A stretch of 63,819 nt of DNA, filler included, from Lama guanicoe (GCA_013239625.1; 99 parts of 99 records of this genome joined end to end with filler, not necessarily neighbours in it); one strand, 5' to 3'. Positions 48,995 to 62,568 are shown, counted from the whole stretch's first letter. Numbers and translations are program-made. The notes: generated from the sequence alone by a model not told the origin.

Positions 48995-49874
48995 GCACAA
49001 TAAAAGAGCAAATTAAATCTCCACGAACTGACCCACAAAATGCGTATCTCTACGTTACTGAATAAAGAAATTGATACAACTGCCTTAAAGGTGTTCAGTG
49101 AAGATGCAGATAGACAGAGAAACAAAATCAGGAAAATGATGCATGAATGAAATTAGAATATGAACAAATAGAAACTAGGAAAAAGAACCACATAGAAATT
49201 CTGGAACTGAAAAATACAATAATTGAATTCAAAAATTCACTTGAGAGGCTCAAAGGTAGACTTAACCAGGCATAAAATACTAGCAACTTTTAAGACAAGT
49301 CATTCAAGATTATCAATTCAGAGGAGCAAAACAAAAATAATGAAAAACTGAAGAGAGATGATTCAAATAACTAAAATCAGATATTAAAAATGGGACATTA
49401 CAGCCAATGATATAGCAATAAAAGGTCTTGTAAGAGAATACTGTGAACAACTGTATGGCAATAAATTAGAAAAAAACTAAAATAAGTGGATGCATATCTA
49501 AAAACATGCAGCCTACTAAGACTGAGTCACAAAGAAAAAGAATATCTGAATAGACCTGTAACTAGTAAAGATGCTAAACCAGTGATCAAAACCCTCCCAA
49601 CAAAGTCCAGGACCAGTTGCTTCACTGGTGAATTCTATTAAACATTGAAGAAGATGTAACAGTCTTTTTTATACTCTTCAAAAAACTAAACAGAAGTAAA
49701 CACTTCCAGATTCATCCTATAAGGCCAGCATAACCTTTACACCAAGCCAGACAAAGGTAACTGCAGATAAAGAAAACTGCACATCAGTATCCCTAATTAA
49801 TATTAATATAAAAACCCTCAACAACTACTAGAAAACTGAATTCACCAGCGCATTAAAAAGGTTATACACCATGA
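48995..49874 (+). mobile_element. L1 with ORF1-derived sequence joined directly to ORF2-derived sequence
   Basis: GAAATTCTGGAACTGAAAAATACAATA (ORF1 coiled coil) is followed by TCAAATAACTAAAATCAG..CCAGGACCAG.TGCTTCACTGGTGAATTCTA (ORF2). Confidence 0.85.
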
Positions 49875-50788
49875 NNNNNNNNNNNNNNNNNNNNNNNNNN
49901 NNNNNNNNNNNNNNNNNNTTAATTAATTAANNNNNNNNNNNNNNNNNNNNNNNNNNNNNNNNNNNNNNNNNNNNTTTTAATGCTTAGAATAGTTTAATAG
50001 TTTTAATAATCGTGGAGAACGTGTTCACCATCCTCACCTACCGAGCCGTGTGTCTGACGCCCAGCCAGAGAGAAGACGCCCCCTTCTCAGCTCACATTCT
50101 GGGCTCTCACATGCTTGGTTTTGGACACTGAGCACTAAGGGTTAAACACCTTACTAAACAGACCCAAGGAAAGAAGAGGGAGTTGGAAGGCCCACAGTAA
50201 ATCTGAACACTGGAAATANNNNNNNNNNNNNNNNNNNNNNNNNNNNNNNNNNNNNNNNNNNNTTAATTAATTAANNNNNNNNNNNNNNNNNNNNNNNNNN
50301 NNNNNNNNNNNNNNNNNNATGTCACATTCCCTTTCATCTGTTCTTAAATCAGCCATTTTTCCAAATAAATTAGCCTTATAAAACCAAAAATATTATCTCA
50401 TTTTTAAGATAGGTTTAATATTCTTCTGATTATTTAATAAAAGTCAGGATAACTAAACCTAATTGATTATGTTTGTTAATTATTTTTACCTTAACTCTAT
50501 CACCGGAAATAAGAACATTTGAAATAATTTCTTTGGGAAGCCTTTATTCAACACATACAAATTAAAACCATTGCTTCAAGTTGTGAAGCAACTTGAATCT
50601 GCAAATTACCTAGCTGTGCAGATTTAAAATAAGCACGATGCAAAGCTGATTGGAGCTCATGCTTTGCACCTTACTATGGTTTCCAGCANNNNNNNNNNNN
50701 NNNNNNNNNNNNNNNNNNNNNNNNNNNNNNNNTTAATTAATTAANNNNNNNNNNNNNNNNNNNNNNNNNNNNNNNNNNNNNNNNNNNN

Positions 50789-51145
50789 ATGGAGCCTTTC
50801 ATTAGAGAATGCATCAGAGAATCTGTAAAAAAGGAATTGAATAGAAATTTTAGACTTGAAAGTATAATAACTAAGAATAATAATTTCATAGATTGGTTTA
50901 ATAGTGGATGAGACACAGTAGAGGAAAGGATTCGTGAATTGTAAGTCAGTGAAACAAAACTCACTGAAGTTCAATACACAAACATAACTATTTCTATACA
51001 TCTGTAATAGCTATAGAATATAGAGTATGTCATTAATGGTAAAACAAGTATCTAGCAGTAAATCTAACAAAAGAATATAAGACTTTTATGGACAAATTTA
51101 TAAAGATCTACATAATTGGAGAGGGCTTCCTTGTTCATGGATTAC
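50789..51145 (+). mobile_element. Old L1 fragments
   Basis: GAAATTTTAGACTTGAAAGTATAATAAC (ORF1-like) and AAATCTAACAAAAG..CTTGTTCATGGATT (ORF2-like). Confidence 0.55.
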
Positions 51146-51146
51146 A

Positions 51147-51261
51147 ACAGGGCTTCCCAGACTTTAATATGCATATGAAACACCTGGGATCTTGTTTGAC
51201 CGCAGACCCCAGTTCAGCAGATCTGGGGTGAGGCTCGAGATTCTGCATTTCCAGCAAGTTC
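51147..51261. mobile_element. MER5A (hAT-Charlie)
   Basis: CACCTGGGATCTTGTT..GCAGA..TCTGGGGTGAGGCTCGAGATTCTGCATTTC. Confidence 0.8.
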
Positions 51262-51919
51262 NNNNNNNNNNNNNNNNNNNNNNNNNNNNNNNNNNNNNNN
51301 NNNNNTTAATTAATTAANNNNNNNNNNNNNNNNNNNNNNNNNNNNNNNNNNNNNNNNNNNNTCTACTTTCAAGGTATTTGTCCTTTTAAAAAGCATTTTG
51401 CCCCAGTGGCGTATAGCAGCATATTGCTTTGTATCCAGTCTGACCTCTGCCTTTTAATATGATTAATTAGGTCATTTTTGTTTAATGAAATTATTGGTAC
51501 CACTGGGTTTAAGTCAGCCACCTTCCTAATTGATTTATATTTGTCCTATTCATTCTACTTTTAATTTCGCTGCATGATATTCCTCATTTTTACTTAAATA
51601 TTTCCCTATAACTTTTTAACATAGTTAAAATGTTTGTTTTAAAGGCCCTTGTATGTTGGATCCAATAATTGATTATACCTGGGGAGCCTTCTAATTGGAT
51701 TTTCTGTTGATCTGGGGGGTCATACTTTTCTATTTATTGACACTGTTTAGATTAGTGTAGACATATTGTAAAAATTCTAGAGATAGAAGTATAATATTTT
51801 GTTTTGCCATTTATTACAANNNNNNNNNNNNNNNNNNNNNNNNNNNNNNNNNNNNNNNNNNNNTTAATTAATTAANNNNNNNNNNNNNNNNNNNNNNNNN
51901 NNNNNNNNNNNNNNNNNNN

Positions 51920-52687
51920 TGTGCTAGATGAACGAACGTCTCTCAACATGCTCAGTTTTGAGAGATAAACATGTGTGAAAGCCGTCCTTCAATTAGTTAG
52001 TTGGGAACACAAATTTTCTCTTCAGTTGCCGACAGCACTCCATAAATATATATGGGGAGGAACAATCTCCAACTCGGTTTTACAGTAAATACTGCAGGAA
52101 TATCAAACCGGAACTAGGAATCAGACTAAGAAACCAGAGTAAGTGTTTCTTCTGCAACATAATCCCTTTGTGCTAGATGAACGAACGTCTCTCCACATGC
52201 TCAGTTTTGAGAGATAAACATGTGTGAAAGCCGTCCTTCACCTAGCTTGAAGGGAACACAAAGTTTCTCTTCAGTTGCTGACTCCACTCCATACATATGC
52301 ATGGGGAGGTACAAGCTCCAACTCGGTTTTACAGTAAATACTGCAGGAATATCAAACCGGAACTAGGAATCAGACTAAGAAACCAGAGTAAGTGTTTCCC
52401 CTGCAAACTCTTACCTTTGTGCTAGATGAACGAACGTCTCTCCACATGCTCAGTTTTGAGTGTTAAGCATGTGTGAAAGCCGTCCTTCAACTAGCTTGTT
52501 GGGAACACAAAGTTTCTCTTCAGTTGCAGACCACACTCCATAAATAAATATGGGGAGGTACAAGGTCCAAATCGGTTTTACAGTGAAAACTGCAGGAACT
52601 TCATTCGGGCACTAGGAAAGGGACTGAGAATCCAGAGAAAGTGTTTCCCCTGCAACCTGTTCCTTTTGTGCTAGATGAACGAACGTC
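51920..52687. repeat. 249-bp satellite (~3.1 monomers)
   Basis: GTGCTAGATGAACGAACG at 51921, 52170, 52419 and 52668. Confidence 0.96.
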
Positions 52688-52787
52688 NNNNNNNNNNNNN
52701 NNNNNNNNNNNNNNNNNNNNNNNNNNNNNNNTTAATTAATTAANNNNNNNNNNNNNNNNNNNNNNNNNNNNNNNNNNNNNNNNNNNN

Positions 52788-53441
52788 GCATGTGGAGAGA
52801 CTTTCGTTCATGTACAACAAATGGAACAGGTTGCAGGAGAAACACTTACTCCGGCTTCTCATTCTGTTTCCTAGTGCATGTTAGACGTTCCTGCAGTTTT
52901 CACTGTAAAACCGAGTTGGAGCCTGTACCTTCCCATATATATTTATGTAATGGAGTTTGCAACTGAAGAGAAACTTTCTTTTCCCAACAAGCTAGGTGAA
53001 GGACGGCTTCCAAACACGCTTAAATCTGAAAAATGAGTATGTGAAGAGACGTTCGTTCATGAAGCACAAAGGGAACAGGTTGCAGGAGAAAAACTTCCTC
53101 TGGTTTCTTAGTCTTCTTCCTTGTGCCGGTTTGAAGTTCCTGAAGTTTTCATTGTAAAACCGTGTTGGAGCTTGTACCTCCCCATACATTTGTATGTAGT
53201 GGTGTTTGCAACTGAAGAGAAACTTTGTGTTCCCGACAAGCTAGGTGAAGGACGGGTTCACACAGGATTTACTCTGAAAACTGAGCATGTGGAGAAACGT
53301 TTATTCATCTAGCACAAAGGGAACAGGTTGCAGGAGAAAAACTTACTCTGGTTTCTTAGTCTTCTTCCTTGTGCCGGTTTGAAGTTCCTGAAGTTTTCAT
53401 TGTAAAACCGTGTTGGAGCTTGTACCTCCCCTTATATATGT
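52788..53441. repeat. 249-bp satellite
   Basis: GGAACAGGTTGCAGGAGAAA occurs three times. Confidence 0.95.
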
Positions 53442-54286
53442 NNNNNNNNNNNNNNNNNNNNNNNNNNNNNNNNNNNNNNNNNNNNTTAATTAATTAANNN
53501 NNNNNNNNNNNNNNNNNNNNNNNNNNNNNNNNNNNNNNNNNGAACATAGCTCTTATTTAAAATTAGTGCACAAAACACTTGCCTTAAAATGCCGTATTTT
53601 ACTAACAATGCCAGCTATTTCCGGACTGAGAAACATATTGCTTACTAAAATGCATAACCTGGTCTTTTCCACATCAAACCACATATAATGTTATTTTTTT
53701 TGATTGTTTGCCCCTTAGTGGAGACATTACTTATTGAATCAAGGATCTTGTGCATAAGTGTATTTATCAACATCATTTTGGAACAGCTAACAGAAGCCCA
53801 AAGTGTATGGATTATAAAGATGACAGGAAAATTTATTCCTTCTAGGGACTGAAAAACCTCTGAGTGTAAGAATGGCAACAATAAATATTTGTAAATATAC
53901 AATAAGATTTTCTCTTTTGTAATTTTAAAGTAGAATATTAAATTGCATTTGTTTTACTTATAACACTGAATTAAAAATTAAAACAAAAATTCCCCCTTTG
54001 GGATTTCTTAAATTTGATACATTATTTTAATCTAATTTTATTTCATAAATATTTACCATTTATATATATACATAAAAATTAATTGATATTTATTCTGCTC
54101 ATGTTTTGTATATAGAGATATGTATTGTAAAGTACACAAATACATATTTCTATTTCCAAATCAAATTATGTTTCTGTTTAATTACANNNNNNNNNNNNNN
54201 NNNNNNNNNNNNNNNNNNNNNNNNNNNNNNTTAATTAATTAANNNNNNNNNNNNNNNNNNNNNNNNNNNNNNNNNNNNNNNNNNNN

Positions 54287-54803
54287 TGCTATCCATCATC
54301 TGAGCCATCATAAAATCATAATCTTTTTGCAGGTGAAGCTTCTTGCCCCGGTAATGGCTGCTAACTGGTCAGGATGGTGCTTGCTGAAAGTTGAGGTGGC
54401 TATGGAAGTTTCTTAAAATACGACAACAATGAAGTTTGTCACATCGGCTAACTGTTCCTTCCTCAATGTCTCTGTAGCCTGTAATGCTGTTTGATAGCAT
54501 TTTAACCACAGTAGAACTACTTTCAAAACTGAAGTCGATCTTCTCAAACCCTGCTGCTGCTTCGTCCACTAAGTTCATGCAATATTCTAAACCCTTTGCT
54601 GGCATTTCAACAGTCTTCACAGCATCTTCACCAGGAACAGATTCCATTTCAAGAAACTGCCTTCTCTGCTCACACATGAGAAGCAACTTCTTATTCCCTC
54701 AAGTTTTTATTGAGGTGCTACAATTCAGCCACATCTTCAGACCTCACTTCTAATTCTAGTTCTCTTGCTACTTCCTCCACCTTAGGGTTACTCCCTCCAC
54801 TGA
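54287..54803 (-). mobile_element. Tigger1 transposase C-terminal remnant
   Basis: LLMCEQRRQFLEMESVPGEDAVKTVEM..LVDEAAAGFEKIDFSFESSSTVVKMLSNSI matches the Tigger1/TIGD1 transposase end. Confidence 0.92.
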
Positions 54804-55429
54804 NNNNNNNNNNNNNNNNNNNNNNNNNNNNNNNNNNNNNNNNNNNNTTAATTAATTAANNNNNNNNNNNNNNNNNNNNNNNNNNNNNNNNNNNNNNNNN
54901 NNNGGCTCAAGGGGGACCAGATTTGATTCTTTAGGAGAAGTTCTGAAGTGCAAGTCTCCTAAATTTTAAATGTTGACTCAATGTCTGGAGACAAACTGAA
55001 CATATCCAGGCATGTTTGGTCTATAGCCCACTTGTGTTTTTATGTTTGCTGTGTTTCCAAACAGTTGGGCATAAATCAAGTATTTGTGTGTAAAACCTTG
55101 CCTTTCTGTAGAATCATATGTCTTACACACAAAAACACTGGGCCCCAACATGTAATAAAAATTGTGATTAAGACTCATAATACCCACTTCAAGAATTTTT
55201 CCAATGCCTACTAAAACTACAATCTATCTGTATCAAATTCTCCCTGATTGTTAATCAAATGGATAATTAGGTCATGAGACGGCCGAAACTAAATTATTAG
55301 AACATTTCCAATAAAAAGAATGAAATAATNNNNNNNNNNNNNNNNNNNNNNNNNNNNNNNNNNNNNNNNNNNNTTAATTAATTAANNNNNNNNNNNNNNN
55401 NNNNNNNNNNNNNNNNNNNNNNNNNNNNN

Positions 55430-56072
55430 GTCTGCAACTGAAGAGAAACTTTGTGTTCCCAACAAGCGAGGACAAGGAAGGCTTTCACACACGCATAACT
55501 CTCAAAACTGAGCATGTGGTGACACGTTCGTTCATCTAGCACAAAGGGAACAGGTTGCAAGAGAAACAATTACTCTGGTTTCTCAGTCTGTTTCCTAGTG
55601 CCGGTTTGAAGTTCCTGCGGTTCTCAATGTAAAACCGAGTTGGAGCTTGAACCACCCCATACTTATGTATGGAGTGGATTCTGCAACTGAAGAGAAACTT
55701 TGTGTTCCCAACAAGCGAGGACAAGGAAGGCTTTCACACACGCATAACTCTCAAAACTGAGCATGTGGTGACACGTTCGTTCATCTAGCACAAAGGGAAG
55801 AGTTTGCAGGAGAAACACTTACTCTGGTTTCTCACTCTGTTTCCTAGTGCCGGTTTGAAGTTCCTGCGGTTCTCAATGTAAAACCGAGTTGGAGCTTGAA
55901 CCACCCCATACTTATGTATGGAGTGGATTCTGCAACTGAAGAGAAACTTTGTGTTTCCAACAAGCTAGGTGAAGCACGGCTTTCACACACGCTTAACTTT
56001 CAATTCTGAGCATGTGGAGAGATATTCTTTCATCTAGCACAAAGGGAACAGTTTGCAGGAGAAACACTTACT
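55430..56072. repeat. 249-bp satellite
   Basis: TGCAACTGAAGAGAAACT at 55433, 55682 and 55931. Confidence 0.96.
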
Positions 56073-56172
56073 NNNNNNNNNNNNNNNNNNNNNNNNNNNN
56101 NNNNNNNNNNNNNNNNTTAATTAATTAANNNNNNNNNNNNNNNNNNNNNNNNNNNNNNNNNNNNNNNNNNNN

Positions 56173-56290
56173 TATATATATATATATATATATATCTCAC
56201 TATGCTGTACACCAGAAATTAACACAGCATCGTAAATTGACCATACTTCAACTAAAAAAATTAAAAAACAGAAAAAGACAAGAAAAGAAA
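56173..56290 (+). mobile_element. L1 3' terminus with (TA)n and A-tail
   Basis: CACTATGCTGTACACCAGAAATTAACACAGCATCGTAAATTGACCATACTTCAA followed by an A-rich tail. Confidence 0.8.
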
Positions 56291-56414
56291 TGAAGTAGTC
56301 CTGTGTGCAGCTAATTTATGAAGAATTCTTTTTTAGTTCTTTGTTTGTTGCTTCATACATTAACTATAAAATTATGAAGATCTGTTCAGCCTAGATGCTG
56401 TAATATACAATTGA

Positions 56415-56589
56415 TAAGTGCATTTTTTAGACATAATGCTACTATGTACTTCATAGATGACAGTATAGTATAAACATAACTTTTATAAGCACTGGGAAAC
56501 CAAACAATTATGTGACTTGTTTTATTGCAATATTTGCTTTGTTGCGGTGGTCTGGAATAGAACCCACAGTATCTCTGAGGTATGCCAGT
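56415..56589 (+). mobile_element. Tigger1 3' end with TIR
   Basis: TTTTAGACATAATGCTA..GCACTGGGAAACCAAA..GCGGTGGTCTGGAA..TATCTCTGAGGTATGCC. Confidence 0.85.
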
Positions 56590-56951
56590 GTTTTTGTTTT
56601 TACCAGATAAATACCTAAAAGTGGAATTGCTAATTACATATACAAATTCTATTTTTAATTTTTTGAGGACTTCCATACTGTTTACGATAGTGGCTACACC
56701 AACTTACATGCCACAAATGGTGAAGAAGGGTGCCTTTTTATCCACATCCTTACCAACAATGATTTTTGGTGTTTTGATAATAACCATTCTGATGGGTGTG
56801 AGGTGGTATCTCATAGTGGTTTGGATTTGCCTTTCCTTGGTCATTAGCGATGCTGAGTACCTTTTTTATGTACCTGTTGCCTATCTGTAGAACTTCTTTG
56901 GAAAAATATCCGTTCAGATCTTCTTCCCATTTTTAAATTTGATTGGGTTTT
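56590..56951 (-). mobile_element. L1 ORF2 3' fragment
   Basis: AGTGGAATTGCT..TTTTTGAGGACTTCCATACTGTTT..GGTGTGAGGTGGTATCTCAT. Confidence 0.88.
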
Positions 56952-57051
56952 NNNNNNNNNNNNNNNNNNNNNNNNNNNNNNNNNNNNNNNNNNNNTTAAT
57001 TAATTAANNNNNNNNNNNNNNNNNNNNNNNNNNNNNNNNNNNNNNNNNNNN

Positions 57052-57805
57052 TTGGAGCTATTACCTTCCAATATAGATATATGTAGAGTATTTCCCCACT
57101 GAAAGGAAACTATGTTTTCCCTACAAGCTAAGTCACAGTTTACTTTTGCACATATTCAACACTCAGAACTGAGCATGTGGAGAGGCGTTCTTTCAACTAG
57201 CATAAAGGGAATGATTTGCAGTAGAAACACTTACTCTTTGTTCTCAGTATGTTTCCTATTTCGGGTTGAAGTCCATGCAGTTTTCACTGTAAAACCGAAT
57301 TGGAAGTATTATGCCCCCATTTATAGGTATTTAGTGTTGTTTCCCACTGAAAAGAATTTGTGTGTTCCCAAAAAGTTAGCTTACTAATGGGTTTCACACT
57401 CATTTAACTCTCAGAATTGAGCATGTGTAGAGATGTTCATTCATATAGCATAAAGGGAATAGTTAGCAATAGAAACATTTACTGTGTTTTCTTAGTATAT
57501 TAACTAGTGCCGGTCTGAAGTTCATGCATTTTCCACTTTTGAACTGACTTGGAACTAGTACCTCCTCATTTATACGTATGTAGTGTATTTCCCCAATCAA
57601 AATTAACTGTGTGTTCCCTACAAGCTATGTGATAGATGGCTTTCACAGAGAGTCAGCTCTCAGAACTGAGCATGGGTTCAAGCGTTAGTTCTTCTAGGAT
57701 GAAGGGAATTGATTGCAGTTGAAACACTTATGTGGTTTCTCAGCTAAGTTTCCTCGTGCCAGTTTGAAGTCCATTCAATTTTCATTGTAAAATCATCTTC
57801 AGGCT
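57052..57805. repeat. Diverged subfamily of the 249-bp satellite
   Basis: GAGCATG at 57171, 57419 and 57668; many substitutions relative to the other copies. Confidence 0.9.
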
Positions 57806-58871
57806 NNNNNNNNNNNNNNNNNNNNNNNNNNNNNNNNNNNNNNNNNNNNTTAATTAATTAANNNNNNNNNNNNNNNNNNNNNNNNNNNNNNNNNNNNNNN
57901 NNNNNGGAGGGAAGAAATTGTTCGTGGATGGGCTCTTCCTTTCTTTGGAAATAGAAGAGTGTTGATCTAATTTTTATTGTCTCAGTTAGTTGCTCTATCT
58001 TATTTGGAGAAGTCAAACCATTTCATTAGTCAAGGCTTCCTGATCTATACAAAGTTATTTCTGATTTATTGTACATGTAAACCAAAATTTAATCAATATT
58101 TAATCCTAGATATTTTCAGTGCCCAGTTTTTAAATTTGTCAAGGTTATTTAAGCATAATATAATTTGCTGTAACATTTCTCCAAATGCAGGCTGCCATTT
58201 GCTTTCCTTTCTCCTGATCACTCAGGGTAAGATTATCACAAAGAGAACTTTAAAACCCTATTATATACTATTGGGCCCATAAAAATACCATGCTTGTTTG
58301 TTTTGAAGAGAAGAACGGCACACAATTCTCATTTCCCCACAAATGTAAATCTTCCCTCTTGCAAATTTTCTGCTGTTGATCTGTTTACTTGCAGTACTGA
58401 CAAGCTGTTTCGCTGATAACATAATTGCATGGTATTTGCCANNNNNNNNNNNNNNNNNNNNNNNNNNNNNNNNNNNNNNNNNNNNTTAATTAATTAANNN
58501 NNNNNNNNNNNNNNNNNNNNNNNNNNNNNNNNNNNNNNNNNCTCTGCTTAGTGCCAGGGCTTTTTCCTTTCTCAGCCTGAAGACAGCCACTCTCACTGCT
58601 CCCCGAGAAGCCCAGCCTCGCCTTGTCACTGTGCCCAGGACAGATCTGGGGCTTGTGAATGAGGGTGAGTCCAGCCCAGTGGAAGCAATGACAGAAAAGA
58701 GCACAGAAGGCCACTGTTGGGAGCCACAGAGGGGGAGGGGTGGAGGCTGGGGGAGGTGGGGACAGCCCAGCNNNNNNNNNNNNNNNNNNNNNNNNNNNNN
58801 NNNNNNNNNNNNNNNTTAATTAATTAANNNNNNNNNNNNNNNNNNNNNNNNNNNNNNNNNNNNNNNNNNNN

Positions 58872-59157
58872 AGGACAAAAATCCCTCCTCCCCTTGGAAA
58901 GGTGGAGTTGGGATGAAAATCAGGGAAAATGACTCCAAACCCCTCCCTCCTGACTGACTATTCCACTCATTTATTTTTACACTCCATGTAACTAACTTGC
59001 CGAAGAAATTCAGAGCAGCTGCTCACCTGAGCCTGCGCGCGTTCCCCTTGAGAGTGTACAGTCTATCCGTTAACAATCCTCTCTTTACTTTCTTGACCTC
59101 CTTGTCCTGGCTTAGAACTCTTTGTGCCATGAGACATGAACCCAATCATTGGCAACA
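58872..59157 (+). mobile_element. ERV LTR 3' portion
   Basis: GCTGCTCACCTGAGCCTG..CCTTGAGAGTGTAC..; ends ATTGGCAACA. Confidence 0.55.
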
Positions 59158-59508
59158 TGTGGACTAGCCATCTCAAGTCCAAGAGCAAGGCTGTATCTGA
59201 AAGCCTGCACATGTTGCCTTCTTCCCTCACAATTTGTGCAATTCAATGAGAATATTTTGAAGTAAAACTTTTAAAAGTGAGTATAAACCGAAAACTGGTT
59301 CAGAGAAAGAAAACAGAATCCAGCATGTGTGAGAAATGAACGGCACAAGCTTTCTTTGCCTGATTGGAATTGAAGAAATGCAGAATGAGATTTGGTTGCT
59401 TTCTTAATNNNNNNNNNNNNNNNNNNNNNNNNNNNNNNNNNNNNNNNNNNNNTTAATTAATTAANNNNNNNNNNNNNNNNNNNNNNNNNNNNNNNNNNNN
59501 NNNNNNNN

Positions 59509-59925
59509 TTTTAGTGTCCAGCGTTGTGATTCAGTTATAGATAGATAGATATCAATTTATAGATTCTTTTTCATCACAGGTTATTACAAACTAGTGAATA
59601 TAGTTCCCTGTGCTATACAGTAGGACCTTGTTGTTTATTGATTTTGTTTACAATAGTTTGTATCTGCTAATCCCAAACTCCTAATTTATGACTCCCACTT
59701 CACCTTCCCCCTTTGGTAACTACATGTTACCAAAGCCATAAGTTTCTATGTCTGTTAGTTTCTCTGAGTAATTATTGTTTTGTAAATAGGCTCATGTCAT
59801 CTTTCTAGGTTCCCCATATAAGTGGTATCATTGTATTTATCTTTCTCCTTCTGGCTTACTTCCCTTAATATGATAATGTCCAGGTCCATCCATGTGGCTG
59901 CAAATAGCCTTATTTTATTTATTAG
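59509..59925 (-). mobile_element. L1 3'UTR (artiodactyl-type)
   Basis: GAATATAGTTCCCTGTGCTATACAGTAGGACCTTGTTG..CAGGTCCATCCATGTGGCTGCAAAT. Confidence 0.9.
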
Positions 59926-60041
59926 CTCAGTGCTCCTTAAANNNNNNNNNNNNNNNNNNNNNNNNNNNNNNNNNNNNNNNNNNNNTTAATTAATTAANNN
60001 NNNNNNNNNNNNNNNNNNNNNNNNNNNNNNNNNNNNNNNNN

Positions 60042-60432
60042 AATATAGAATATAGAACACAGAATATAGAATATAGAATACGGAATGCAACATATAGAAT
60101 ACAGAATATAGAATGTACAACCCAGAATGAAGAATATGGAAAACAGAATACAGAACCGAGAATTTAGAACATGGAATTCAAAACACAGAGTTTTGAATAT
60201 AGAATACAGAATACTGAATATAGAATATGGAATATAGAATATACAATGTAGAACACAGAAATTAGAATATAGTCTAGAGATTATAGAACCCAGAATTTTG
60301 AACATGGAATATAGAACACAGGATTTAGAATACAGAATAGACAATATAGAACCCAGAAATTAGAAGATGGAATGTAGAACATTGGATTTATAATATAGAA
60401 TACAGAATACTGAATATAGTATTTAGAATATA
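60042..60432. repeat. AGAATAT-heptamer satellite
   Basis: Heptamer units throughout. Confidence 0.95.
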
Positions 60433-60532
60433 NNNNNNNNNNNNNNNNNNNNNNNNNNNNNNNNNNNNNNNNNNNNTTAATTAATTAANNNNNNNNNNNN
60501 NNNNNNNNNNNNNNNNNNNNNNNNNNNNNNNN

Positions 60533-61330
60533 AGACCAATGTATGTATGTACATGCATGACTGAGATATTGTGCTGTACACAAGAAATTAACACACTGTA
60601 ATTGACTGCTTCCAAAAAAAAATAAATACTACAAGGAGAAATAAATGAATCCACTATTATAATTGGATTCTTTCAACACATTTTTTTAAACTTTCATACT
60701 TCAAAAAAAATTGAACTATAGTTGATTTACAATGTTGTGTTAGTCTCTGGTGTGATTCAGCATAGTGATTCAGTTATACACACATATATACTTTTTCATA
60801 TTTTTCATTAGAGGTTACTACAAGGTATTGAATATAGTTCCCTGTGCTATACAGTAGGAATTTGTTTATCTATTTTATATTTAGTAGTTAGTAGCTACAA
60901 ATCCTGAACTTCCAGTTTATCCCTCCCCATCCCCTTTCTCCCTGGTAGCCATAAGTTTGTTTTCTATCAATCAATAAGGACAAAGTTGAACTCTAGCCCC
61001 ATCAATCAACTGTATATAACTGACATCTATAGACTATTTCGTCCATCAATAGTGGAATACACATTCTTCTCAAGTTTACAAGGAACATTCACCAAGATAA
61101 ACAAAACAAACTTCTGTGGCCTTAACTCACACCTTAACAAAAGAACAGAAATCATACAATATATGTTCTCACATTAGAATAGAATTGAACTAGAAACTAA
61201 TAACAGAAAGATAGCTGGAAAACCCCAAAATACCGGGAGATTAAACAACACACTTCTAATTATTACCCAAGTCAAAGGAATCTCAGAAGTATTAAAATAT
61301 CTTAAAAATGAAAATACAACTTATCAAAAT
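60533..61330. mobile_element. Nested L1 cluster: + L1 3' end, + old ORF2 endonuclease fragment, and an inserted - L1 3' end
   Basis: 60533-60625 is a + 3' end with A-tail. 60630-60680 and 60967-61330 are + EN-like (TDIYRLF.P...EYTFFSS.QGTFTKI). ~60710-60966 is an antisense 3'UTR. Confidence 0.8.
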
Positions 61331-62568
61331 GCCACCATAGAAATTCAGTTGTACTCCTGTATTATAAGCATCAAACTATATAATTGGAGGTCTTGTGCAT
61401 TTCAAGTTTGCAAGGCACCCGTGTANNNNNNNNNNNNNNNNNNNNNNNNNNNNNNNNNNNNNNNNNNNNTTAATTAATTAANNNNNNNNNNNNNNNNNNN
61501 NNNNNNNNNNNNNNNNNNNNNNNNNGTGTTTTGTTATTCTGTGTACTGTTTGTTTTCTGCTCAGTTTTTTAATCAAAATTTATGAAAAAATTAATAGACA
61601 TTTAAATACACATAATTCAATGATATTTCCATAGGAAATTATGTAACTTGACATTCATATTACCTAGAAAAATATTTTTGTGTTTTTGATTGCTTCAGGT
61701 TTATTATTCTAATTCCTTTGTAGTGAAAGACTAATTTGCTAAAAATTTTAAATGTTTCTTGGGAAATGACCTCAAAATTAATGTGTCTATCAGTCATCCT
61801 AAGTATTGGTACAACCAAACACCACATCCTGCAAAAAACATTCTGATTTATTGAAAGGCATGATTTTCATATGGGCTTAATATCGTTTCCCTGTAGATTT
61901 TAAAAATGGGCTTCTCATCGAAAAAATACAAATTGATTGCTTATCAAGTTAACATTGAAAACAAGACATATATTCTATCACCTACCTCGCATGTTGGTTT
62001 TAAGGCAGATATTATATTGATAATTATAGACATAAATTAACCACCATTGTTAGCAGTGGGTAGGGAGGACTTCTTGGTGAAGTAAATGATTTCCAAGCTG
62101 AGCTTCACNNNNNNNNNNNNNNNNNNNNNNNNNNNNNNNNNNNNNNNNNNNNTTAATTAATTAANNNNNNNNNNNNNNNNNNNNNNNNNNNNNNNNNNNN
62201 NNNNNNNNGTTATTTTGGTTTTGGTTGTCTTCCTCGACATACCACTTATTCTTATGACGTTTGTATATTGTGTGTATTTCGTTTAGGGACATAGGTTTCT
62301 AGTTACCTTTGCCATTTAGTCTGAAATGGGCATCATTCTAAAAAAATGAACTATATATGGGGAAACTGCACCCCACTGAGCACTACAAGGATGTCAAGAA
62401 AATAAAAAGTTTGGTGGTGGTAAACATTTAAGTCATGTAAAAGATTTCTGTAAAAATGGCAAATGCAANNNNNNNNNNNNNNNNNNNNNNNNNNNNNNNN
62501 NNNNNNNNNNNNTTAATTAATTAANNNNNNNNNNNNNNNNNNNNNNNNNNNNNNNNNNNNNNNNNNNN

